From contig CAWFQL010000012.1 of the NCBI GenBank assembly GCA_963817915.1, positions 96,001 through 160,000 of the forward strand: 64,000 nt of DNA, read 5' to 3'. This DNA is from an uncultured candidate division Zixibacteria bacterium. Lineage in GTDB: Bacteria; Zixibacteria; MSB-5A5; UBA10806. The position numbers were made by a program, and so were the translations under genes. Within the stretch, counting starts at the first letter, position 1. The number at the start of each line of letters is the position of its first letter. The notes beneath the pieces are model-generated. The model made no database searches. It was given only the letters and a program-made list of their open reading frames with translations, and was not told where the DNA came from. Positions 19,752 through 30,200 of the stretch are shown in pieces.

Positions 19752-22124
19752 TTACTTGATATCCAGATCAAATGGCATTTTATAGGCAATTGATTCATTG
19801 TCCCGGCCTTCAATCAGTTCGGCCACTTGCCATCCGATACTTGGGAATTCGAAAAGCTGCCGTATGGAGAATGGATATTTGGGATAAGAATCAATAATGA
19901 TATGATCTTCGGAATCAATTCCGGCTTTGGTTCGCGCCAGATTTATGGCGTCCCAAATTCCACCATAGGAATCGACCAATCCTTTTTGAAGTGCCTGGTG
20001 ACCTGTCCATACTCTGCCCTGTCCGATGGCATCAACGGAATCATATGGAATTTTGCGCCATGTAGAGACTTTATCCACAAAGCTTTCGTAAAATTGATTT
20101 ATCATTTTTTTTGCCTTCGAGATTTCTTCATCTGTCAAGCCGCGAGTAGATGATCTAATATCGGCATGGATGCCACGTTTGAGGGTTTGCTTGTTTATGC
20201 CGATTTTTTCATAAAAACCGGATAAATCCATTTTCCCTTCGATAACCCCAATCGATCCGGTTATGGTAGCGGGAGAAACCAGGATGTCATCGCCTATACA
20301 TGAAATATAATATCCTCCCGACGCTGCCACTCCGCCCATCGAAATTATCAATGGCTTCTTGCCTTTTATTAATTCCAGTTCACGAAAAATTTCATCCGAC
20401 GCGAATCCGTCGCCCCCGGGCGAATTAACTCTGAGCACGATGGCCATGATATTTTTGTCATTTCTGATCTTTTTCAGCGCGTCGGATACGGTAGTCGATC
20501 CCATCGTTTTGCCCATAAAAAGGTCTTGACCGCTCCGGCCCGTCTTTATGGCGCCATCGGCGTATACAATGGCGATATGCTGCGGCTCTTTCCAGCGAGT
20601 GTTGGAATAATCCTTTTTGTAAAATTCGCAAATATCAACCGGACCGGCCATATTTAGGTCTTTGGTCTTAATAATTTCGTCGTAATGTTTTAGCCCGTCA
20701 ATAAGGCCGGAGTCGTAAGCGTCCTTTGGCGTATATGGTCCGGCATCAATAATTTTCTTAACGTCTTCTGATAATATTTTCCTGCTTGCGGAGATTCCCT
20801 CGACAAATTGCGCGTAGAGATCGTCAAGCAACCAATCCAATTGTTCTCTGGCTTCTTTGGACAATTCTGTTTGAGTAAATGCGTCTCCGAATGTTTTGTG
20901 GGGGCCGGTATGTATCATCTGGGCCTTAATTCCCAATTTGTCCATAGTGCCTTTGTAATATGTCGCGGTGGCCGAAAGCCCATCGAGCTCAAGCAGCCCG
21001 GTTGGATTCATATAAATCTTGTCAGCTACTGTTGCCAAATAATAATCAAGATTCCCGCCGTTATCGATATAGGCGATAATCGGTTTACCTGTTTTCCTAA
21101 AATCGATCAGCGAATTTTTCAATTCTTCGGCTGAGGCGAAACTTGTTTTTACGGCGTCAAATCGCAATATCAGGCTATTGATATTTTTATCGTTAGCGGC
21201 CTCATGAATAGCATCGATAATATCAAAAAATGAAGTTCCCCTTGAACCCAAAAAGCCTTGAGGGGGCTCTTCCTTGATCGGGCCGGTTAGATTTAATATA
21301 CCGGTCTTTCCCTGGTCGGCCATCGATTCCTGATTCCGTTTCCCGGTAATTTCGACAAAATAGCTGCCGCCGCTATATTTATTCGAGCTATTTATATTTC
21401 CCTGAACGCCTGTGCGATATTGATCAAAGAGGAATGTCACTCCTACACGCCACTGTCCTTCGGTTCGGTATTCGGAATTAAACATAACGCCCTTGAATGG
21501 CCCGATCTTTAAGCCGAAATTCCCCTGGCTCCTGGATATTTCATCCCCCTCATTCCAGCGGCCGTCAGCCCATATCGTTAACTTTTCGCCGATTGGACGA
21601 AGGGCTATTCCCGGTCTATAAAGACGCCATTGCTTGCGCCCGCCGAATCTCGGCTCATTGAGCCTGTCGACAACCAAACCCAATGATGCAAATGGCTTGG
21701 GATGATACAGCATGCCTATTTTCCAATCTTTGCGATTTTTATAAAACGCGTTATCACCGTTAAACATGCTATAAGAAATGCCCAGGTAAAAATTGGGAAA
21801 TATTCTATCGCTCAACGCGAACGTAAATTTTCTTCGGAATATATTGTCGTCACGTTTTAGCCATTCGATCGAGAAAAACCCGCCCTGAGAACTCGCCAAA
21901 AAGGCGTCGTCACCTTTATAGGTTGTCGAGTGGAAATTGTGAGTATAATGAATCCCGATATCGTCCCAGAACGCCAGCCCCGCGGGATTGATGAGGCCCG
22001 CTGTGATTTGATCCGCTGTGGCTACTGATTCGGATTGATAATCCACGCCGTCAACCGGATTTGAAAAGGCCGAGCCCAACGGAACTAAAATCATAATGAA
22101 AATCGCAATAGTTATAAATTTCAT
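19752..22124 (-). CDS. sppA: Signal peptide peptidase SppA (S49) with an N-terminal beta-barrel-like extension
   Basis: Two S49 domains (YYLATVADKIY; LRVNSPGG, SMGGVAASGGYY, TGSIGV, GRVWTG). The N-terminal ~270 aa contain NPAGLA and amphipathic strands. Confidence 0.9.
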   Translation of the reverse strand: MKFITIAIFIMILVPLGSAFSNPVDGVDYQSESVATADQITAGLINPAGLAFWDDIGIHYTHNFHSTTYKGDDAFLASSQGGFFSIEWLKRDDNIFRRKFTFALSDRIFPNFYLGISYSMFNGDNAFYKNRKDWKIGMLYHPKPFASLGLVVDRLNEPRFGGRKQWRLYRPGIALRPIGEKLTIWADGRWNEGDEISRSQGNFGLKIGPFKGVMFNSEYRTEGQWRVGVTFLFDQYRTGVQGNINSSNKYSGGSYFVEITGKRNQESMADQGKTGILNLTGPIKEEPPQGFLGSRGTSFFDIIDAIHEAANDKNINSLILRFDAVKTSFASAEELKNSLIDFRKTGKPIIAYIDNGGNLDYYLATVADKIYMNPTGLLELDGLSATATYYKGTMDKLGIKAQMIHTGPHKTFGDAFTQTELSKEAREQLDWLLDDLYAQFVEGISASRKILSEDVKKIIDAGPYTPKDAYDSGLIDGLKHYDEIIKTKDLNMAGPVDICEFYKKDYSNTRWKEPQHIAIVYADGAIKTGRSGQDLFMGKTMGSTTVSDALKKIRNDKNIMAIVLRVNSPGGDGFASDEIFRELELIKGKKPLIISMGGVAASGGYYISCIGDDILVSPATITGSIGVIEGKMDLSGFYEKIGINKQTLKRGIHADIRSSTRGLTDEEISKAKKMINQFYESFVDKVSTWRKIPYDSVDAIGQGRVWTGHQALQKGLVDSYGGIWDAINLARTKAGIDSEDHIIIDSYPKYPFSIRQLFEFPSIGWQVAELIEGRDNESIAYKMPFDLDIK

Positions 22125-22188
22125 TTCCTCTCCTATAAAGATGAACTAAGCTGGGTACATTTAAATAATAATGTGGAAAATCCAGAAA

Positions 22189-23331
22189 TCATTGGCCTCT
22201 CAAATCGATTACACCGATGCCGCTGATTTTTAATTCAATCCGTGAATCGCCGCCACCAATCGTTCCTTCCAGCCGAGTTAAATCCAATAATGTCGGCTTA
22301 ATTGAAAGATTTTTGGTATGAATACGACCGCCTTCATCGACAGACGCGATGATAGATGCCGAAGTATTGGTCGGGATGGAAAGATTGATATTATTGTATG
22401 TATCCGAGATGAAAAGCTCACAATTTGAAATGGCATTCAGTGCGGCGTCGATGGATGAGTAACTTGTTTCAATCTTCGAATGTCCGTGTGTCAACCTGCT
22501 GTCGCTAACATGAATGGTATTGAATGATGTTTCGCAGACCAATTCGCCTGAAATATTATCCGCCCATATAGCGCCGTAGTTTGTTCTCAGAACCACGGAT
22601 CCATCGGCGGTCCGAATATTTTTGGCGGTAATCTCCGAAAAATTAGTATACGCCTCGACCGCCCCGCGAATATCCTCTAAAAGTATGCTTCCGCCGCCGC
22701 CCCTGAAAATTGCGCTTCCATTGGGTATGTCTATATCACGGGCGCCAATAGCACCATGCTCATTCGACGCCTCGATTGATCCCCTGATTGATCTAAGGTT
22801 TATAGTTTCAAATGAGGTGGAAACATTCACGGGACCGGTTATATTTTCAACATTGATTGGAGAAAAGGCCGATTCTAATGACACCCCACTAAACGGCCCG
22901 ATTACCGATAGCTTCATAAATTTCAGATTGCCTTCAATGGTCATATTTTCAGGCACTTCAATTGATATTTCTAATCTTACGCTGTAATTACTACCCTGCC
23001 AGGGCGCGTCGATCGGAGTCAAGATTTTCAATATAGCCCTGTCGTCGGTGGGCGTAAATAATCTGAGATCGATCAAATCGAGGAAACGACGCCCCTGGGA
23101 TTCTTCCAGGGCCGACGCTGATTTCGAAAAAACCACTTTTATATTCTTTTCAGTACCTGAACTTATGGCAATAGAGCCGCTCAAATTATTGCTGCCCTGT
23201 ATCTCGAAGACTGTCTGGTCTGTTAAAAGGATATTGAGATTGCCGGTTTCCTTAGCCGGCTCGCCCGCAAAAGAATACGCAAAATACCCAAAAATTGCGA
23301 TGATTAAGGCATATTTCGAGAACCGCTTCAT
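22189..23331 (-). CDS. DUF4097-like beta-strand repeat (putative adhesin) protein
   Basis: Signal peptide and repeated 'T..G.I.l.nI.G.v.v' beta-solenoid units. Confidence 0.7.
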   Translation of the reverse strand: MKRFSKYALIIAIFGYFAYSFAGEPAKETGNLNILLTDQTVFEIQGSNNLSGSIAISSGTEKNIKVVFSKSASALEESQGRRFLDLIDLRLFTPTDDRAILKILTPIDAPWQGSNYSVRLEISIEVPENMTIEGNLKFMKLSVIGPFSGVSLESAFSPINVENITGPVNVSTSFETINLRSIRGSIEASNEHGAIGARDIDIPNGSAIFRGGGGSILLEDIRGAVEAYTNFSEITAKNIRTADGSVVLRTNYGAIWADNISGELVCETSFNTIHVSDSRLTHGHSKIETSYSSIDAALNAISNCELFISDTYNNINLSIPTNTSASIIASVDEGGRIHTKNLSIKPTLLDLTRLEGTIGGGDSRIELKISGIGVIDLRGQ

Positions 23332-23381
23332 ATCTTCACCATTCCACTTTAGTATACGATGACTTATAGGTACTGTTGCAA

Positions 23382-24296
23382 CTAAAACTTTGTAATTCTT
23401 TTATCAAAAATTGCAGTAAGTATTACCCTGCCAACCTTTGCCAATGAAGATGGTGTGCATTTATCCGGCGTGTCGTCATGAGTGTGCCAGTATGGGTAAT
23501 CAAAATCAATAATGTCAATGGCGCGCAGGCCGCGCGAAATCAAGGGCACATGATCATCGGAAATAGTGTATTTTACCGAATCGCTGAAATTGGTTACCCC
23601 TATTTCATTCGCGATATTCCAGATGTAGTCATTAATATCCTTGGAATATCTTTCCGAATATCCTTCACGATAAATTTGAAGGCTTGAATCTCCGACCATG
23701 TCCAATAATAACGCGAACCTTGGTCGATAAAGGCCGAGGTTTTCGCTAAAATATGTAGACCCCAAAAACCAACCTTCCTTTTCTTTACTCAGCCCATAAT
23801 CCTCGCCATCGAAAAGCACGATATCTACTCCAATTGGAGGCTTGCGGATTTTCAGAAGGCGGCCGATTTCCAGTAAAATCGCCACACCCGACGCGCCATC
23901 ATTGGCCCCCATTAAAGGCGTATGCCAATAGCTCGAATCGGGGTCCTGGTCGCAGCGAGGGCGACTATCCCAATGTGCGCATAACATGATTCGCCTGGTA
24001 TCTTCAGGCCTGAAGGACGCGATTAAATTGAAGAGCTTCAATTCCTTCGACGCGGAAGAATCATAGTACGTGAATTTTTGTATTCGGCAATAATCAGTCG
24101 ATAATTTAAGGCTATTATATAGAAATTCACCGGCTTTCGAATGCGCCTCGGATTCGGGAACCCTCGGTCCAAAATCGCACTGCTTTATAAGATCTTCATA
24201 TGCCCGCTGAGAATTAAACTCGGGCGGCTTGCCGCAATTAGAAAAGAATGCAACGATAATTGATAATAAAATGAATTTATGACTGAATATTCTCAG
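23382..24296 (-). CDS. M28 family lipoprotein, glutaminyl-peptide cyclotransferase-like
   Basis: HWDSRP, GANDGASG, DGEDYG, LLDMVG, DDH and WHT motifs. The frame stays open 85 codons upstream of the ORF-track start, to CTG 24296, adding a signal peptide with lipobox-like FSNC and QCDFGPRVP. Confidence 0.88.
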   Translation of the reverse strand: MRIFSHKFILLSIIVAFFSNCGKPPEFNSQRAYEDLIKQCDFGPRVPESEAHSKAGEFLYNSLKLSTDYCRIQKFTYYDSSASKELKLFNLIASFRPEDTRRIMLCAHWDSRPRCDQDPDSSYWHTPLMGANDGASGVAILLEIGRLLKIRKPPIGVDIVLFDGEDYGLSKEKEGWFLGSTYFSENLGLYRPRFALLLDMVGDSSLQIYREGYSERYSKDINDYIWNIANEIGVTNFSDSVKYTISDDHVPLISRGLRAIDIIDFDYPYWHTHDDTPDKCTPSSLAKVGRVILTAIFDKRITKF

Positions 24297-27200
24297 AATC
24301 TAATCTCCGTCCAGATGCCCAGTCGTCTGATATGATGCTTGCGCTGCGTTATTTTATTGTTGGTATCAGTCCAGGCGCCATTTAGTCCCCCGGTAATTGC
24401 CCTTGAAAATTGATACGATAGTTTGGGTTCAATCGTTAAATCAACCGTCTTGGAAGTGGGAGTCCTGACTGACTCGACTAAATTCTCGGCAATCGTATTT
24501 CTGATAGTTATATCGAGAGCCATTGAAAGCTGACTGTCGAATTTGATCTTCTTCAAAAGCGGCAATTTTATTCCCTTGGGGGCGCTTAGGCTGTACGAAA
24601 AACTTATCTTGAGCGTGTTATCCGAATTTTCCGTATTCACCTTTGACTGCCCCTCTCCTCTAAGATTTTCGGTCTTGCCAGTTTTGCGATCATAGCGAAT
24701 TGAGGCCGAAACATTATTTTTAAATATAAATTTGAGAGACATTAAAGGATAAAAATTCTTTACAGTTTCTCTATTACGAACTTCTTTGGTATCAGCTTGG
24801 CCTTTGGTTGTGACAATCTTTTGAAATGCTGTCTGTAAATTCACGCTGCTCGATAATTTTGTCAGGAACGACAGCTTTTCGAGGCCGTTCAAAGTAAAAT
24901 TGAGGTCGGGGAACGTTGCCGATTTGTCGAATAGAGGTTCATTGGAAGATCGGGTCACGGTATATTTATATTGGTATCCGGTCGTGACGCTTAAACTGGT
25001 GAAGGGCTGGAGGCCCGAAGAAATTTCGATATTGTTGGAAGTTGTCGATTGATTGGGAAGCTGGAGATTGGGCGTATCCTTTACTAAAGCATGGGGATTT
25101 TGCGAAAACCCGAATATGTACGCCATCGATGGACGATTCACCAGGCCCCGAAGCGAAAGATCCTTATTCTTTTGATAATTAGCCTGTATCGGCTGGATCA
25201 TGCTAAGGGCGCCAACCATTTTTTTGAGTATCCATTTGGGCGATCCTTTTGAGGGCTGGCCATTATTGTCGTCTTTAGGCTTGTCGTCAGATTGACCCGG
25301 TTCAGTGCCTTCGTCTGATTTATTATCATTGCCCTTATCCGGGGGAGGAGCCATCTGAGACTTGCCCCTGTCTTTGGGAATGAGCATCGGAACATTTAAT
25401 CGAGTCTCGATCCTTATCCCGTTTTGGGCGCGAGTGCTTCTGGTGCCGTCGCTATTTTGGCGGATATCGGTATTTTCATCATAGCTTGAGTTGAATGTAA
25501 ATTTGGTATCAAATAATTTAGATAATTTAGGTATGAAATTTGTATCAAATCTCTGGTTCAGGGTTTTTTCTTTCCCCAGTTTTATTTTCGAAGGATTTAT
25601 GCTCATTTTGAATGAGGCAGGATCGCTGATATCTCTTGTCGAACCCATACTGTAATTGGTTCTTGTCGAGGAAAAAAGATTAAGCCCGGTCGAGGCGGTT
25701 AGTGTCAGGTCTTTGACCCTCGAGTATGTCTGAATGCTTGAGGGCAGCCTTTCTGTTTTATTCGAGCCATCAAGATTCGCGGTAAATTTAAATTGCGTGG
25801 GGAGGGGGAAGCAATCGGCCCCAGATATAACTTTCGGCATCAATAAATATTTCGTCCAGACCAAAGGTTTAAACGATGGCTTTGCTTTCGGAGTAAGATC
25901 ATATGCTCCAGTCATCTTGTAACTCAGAAGCCTGCTCAACGGCAGGGCCGGGGAATTATTTTGCGAAATACTATAAAAATAGCTGGTGTTAATTCTGTTT
26001 AATGTCAAATTCCATAGCCAATTATTTGTATTTCGGTTAAATGCTTCCGAGAAACTGTAACTTGCTGATCTTGTTAAAGATTTTTCTATCTGCTGGGATT
26101 CTCGATTCAGAATAATATCTGATCCTGGTTTTAGTCGGGGTAATGATATTTGTGTCGAGTATGTAAAAGTAGCCGGCAGAGCTAAGCCTAAATCGGGGGA
26201 AAAGAATTTATCGAGTTTCGTTGATAATCTGATCGATTTGTTTGTCGTGGCCATCCCGCTTGGGATTTTTGAAGAAAGCATGACAAAATCCGAACCTGTT
26301 TTATTATATGCCAGCGTAAGGTCCAAAAAGTCCGCGAATTTGGCGTTGACTTGAAGCTTTCCCGCAAAATCTGTTTTCTTTCTGACATTTGAGACACGCA
26401 TTTCATCGAGCCAGACTTCTCCAGTATAGGTCCCGGTTGCCGAAGTATCGATTTCTACGCCTGCCCAAAAACCGCTGATTTGTGATAGCGCGGGATTGCC
26501 GTGTACGCGATAATGACCGTCAGTGGTATCTGCGTATAGCAGTGATTCTGGCCGAACCCGCTTCATCATCTCGTATTTCAATGCTGTCATTTTATTGAAA
26601 TCAATTTCCACCCAGTTATTTTCATTCCAGTCCGGCTGAAGGACGGTGCGGTATTCGTAATAGTTTTCGGTGTTCTTTGTGCCAAGCCTGAAGAAAAAGG
26701 TCACTTTGCCGGATGAAGAACTGGAATCGCCATGAACGTACATTTTGAGGGTTTGATAAAGCGTATAATTCTCTGATTGGTAAAGATCCCAGTACACCTG
26801 GCCTGCGTGTCCCGCCGTCATTTCCTGATAAGATAGCACCAGCGATTGCTCTTTTTCCCTAATTCCAGTGGCTCGATCAAGATTTCCGGCAATTCCGGGC
26901 GGCGGATAATAGCTTGAATTTTCCTGGGTATTCTTGACTGTAACCTCTAATTTCTCGTTTGGCCCCAATGGCGCGCCATATGTAGCTCGGACAGTATCTT
27001 CCTGCCATTTATTTCCCACCAATTCAAATGACGCCATCTTCATGAAATAAGGCTCGCTCGCTCCCGAAAACCACAAACGTGCGTAATTCAACTTGGTGAA
27101 ATCCGCGGATGCTCGCGCTCCCATAACGTTATAAGCATTAGGGTCCTGCAACGGTATTCTCAACAATTTCCAGGTGCCGCTGGGAGCGACAGATTGATCG

Positions 27201-30200
27201 ACAACAAACAGAGTATCTTTTAAATGAACCGTATATTCGAAATACCCATTTTGCATATTCAGCGAGCCACTATTATCAATATCCTCAGTATCGAATCTTC
27301 CCCTGCGATCAGGGTCATTGTTGTTGTTCTTTGTGCCGTTGATATGAGAATAATCTTCGCGTCTGTCGGCGCTATAACTCCATTCGTCATCTCGAAGTAT
27401 GCCAAGCCCGGTGTCTTCGTTTAGAGTGAAAACATTATCATGGTTTGAATCTTCCGAATCCAATTCCGTGTTGTCATTGAGATCCTCGGAGATTTGACCG
27501 AAATCAATATGCAAAGTTGGATCGTCGGTTCTGCTTGCGCTATTCGGATCGGGGAGATACCATATTTCGATAAACTTGGTCAATGACTGGTCGGCCATCC
27601 CCGAATAAATTGATCTCATGATGCCGCCCCAGCGCAAATCCGGACTGGTAGAAGTCGATTCCGGAGTTGATGCCGACGAATCAGGATTGAAATTGAAATA
27701 TAAAACGTCCTGGCGGTCGTCTTCAGAGCGGACTTGCCTATTGGGCCATATTGATTTAATCGAAACAACGTCATATGGATTGTACCACCAGAAGAAGCCC
27801 CTCCTGGTCAGATTGGCCTTCTGATTGGCAGAATCAACAGGCGGCGAACATATAGTCCATATAGAACGGCGCATGCCCAAATCGGTTGCTGTCTTGGTTC
27901 CTTCGAAATCATCAATGAAAGCTTCATTTTTCGTATTTGGATTTGGCAAGCTCTGCGCTATCTCGCCTGTTATTTCCAATGAAGATTGAGCGTCGGATTC
28001 CACAAGCGGCAAAGCATCAACCATCTTGGTCATCAGGTCCGGCTGGAATCTAAATGAGAAATTGCTATCCCATACAAATCCTTTGGTGGGCTCTCTGCCG
28101 ACTCGAGGCCGGGGATCAGATGCCGCTTCCGAACGATACATGGCTGCAATTGAGATATTCGAATTTTCCAAAAGCTGATATTGACCCGCGATTCCGAATA
28201 ACGTTTTCTTTTCCGGCATGAAGAATGGCGCGTAAGCAAAATCAACCGAGACATTAGCGGCAGGATTCATAGCTTCTTCGCTCAGGAATGTAATCTGCCC
28301 AATATCATAGACTATATTATAATCAACCCCGCGTCTTAATACCGTTCCATCTCCAAGCTTAACAACCTCACTGCCTTCGATAATATTCGCTCTTCCAAGA
28401 GGATAAGACGATGATCTTTGTGAAGTCTTAATCCTCAAATAATATTTGCTGAATTCCGAAAGACGGGAGCTGCCGGGTGTGTATTGATAAATCTCCGGTG
28501 TCCTGACAGTCAAGTTAGGACTATCAAATGGATGTCTTTCCGGGAAAATTAGATGCCCTTTGCTGGCATCTATGACCGTATTGTTAAAATCAAAAATACA
28601 ATCCGGAGTACGTACCGACGGATTGTTGTTATTCAGAGAATCAAGCCCGAGTAAGGTAATAAAGCAGACGGAATTCTGATTGTCGACATCGTTGATTTGG
28701 CCGCCCTGTCCTCCCTGCCCCATATAAATCTTAAGATCAAATCCTTCGCTGGAAATATTCCTCGAACCGAGATCGTATACATTACGCCACATTAAATTCC
28801 AGGTCGCGTACGTTGGGTTTGAGTTGGTGAGCTTAAGCAATTTTAGAACCAACGTCGTATCGGGGCTGGTATTAGGTCTGTAGCTCAAACTTCCGACTGT
28901 CATTGTATCAATTATATTCCCTCTATAGCGAACATATTTTATATAAGCGCCCAAGGAAATATTTTCATCAAGTTGCTGATCCAATACCACAAAGCCTGAT
29001 GCCTTATAAAGCTCATATTGCGTCTGATCGATTTGCTCGAAATATGTAGAAAGATATTCTCCTCCTCTTGCGGAATCTGCCGAGCTGACAAATGGCAAAC
29101 TATCAAGCGGCGTAACACAGGCTAACCCGCGTGGATACGATTCACCCTGCTGGGGCTGGCCATGGCTCTTATATAATTCAACGGACCTTATGGAAATAGA
29201 ATCTGACAACGCTCTTAAAGAGTCAATGCCTAACCAAAAGTAGGTGTTTGGCAAATATTGCCAATCCTTAAGTTCGTTCTCGGTTCCCCTTGCACCCGCA
29301 TTAAATGTGGCTTTTTCGGACGATCCCTTTTCCTGGCTGGTGATCATTGTCAGGTCCAAATTCCCGACCCGACCGGTAGCCTTTATTCCGAAGAGCCCCT
29401 GAACATTCTGCGAGTACCCGATGAAAGTAGCGTTGGGCAGGGATAAATTAGTATTTCCGGCTTCGACCGATTGGACTATATCGTTTTCATCGCCTTTATA
29501 TCGAAGTTTAATCGTGTTGGCCAGGTCGACATCTCGCTGGGAATCCTGATCAACTTCAACTGTAATCTTTGATCCGATGGTGCCGGTAACTTTGAATCGT
29601 GATTTTTGCTCCATCTGGAGCGATGGAAATTTCGATTGTTTGAATGTACCGGTATTTTCAAGGCCATCTTCCCATTCGCTCTTACCCGAAAAGCTGATTG
29701 AACGATATCCGCTTACTTGAATATTTGATTTGCCTTCGCCGATAATGCTGGAGATGACTTTAGGAGTTTCAATTGGAATTGTAAATTTTACTCCGCCCTG
29801 GTCTGTGCTTTTATCGATCTTCCCCAATGAAGTTTTTAGATCGTCCTGCCAGGTTTCATTGAATGTATATTGCCTGCGGTATCCGAGGAATTCTTTAAAT
29901 GAATAAGTCTGAGATTCCGAAAGATCGTAATCGCCGGCCGAATCGGTTATATAGACGTAATCACGGTTTTTGGAGAATGATATATCGCGGCTATATCTTA
30001 TTTTATTGAACTTAAATAGATAGCAGGCGGCGTAACGATTGAGGCCTGTCCTGTCTGAAGGCGGTCCAACCTCATTCCTGACAACAAAATCGCTCTTGAT
30101 CTGAAGCGGAACCTTTATATCAGCAAAGTCACCACCGTAGGCGGCTGAATACAGGCCCAAAAACAAGAGCGCGAATTTTATTTTAGTCAAAAAAGACACT

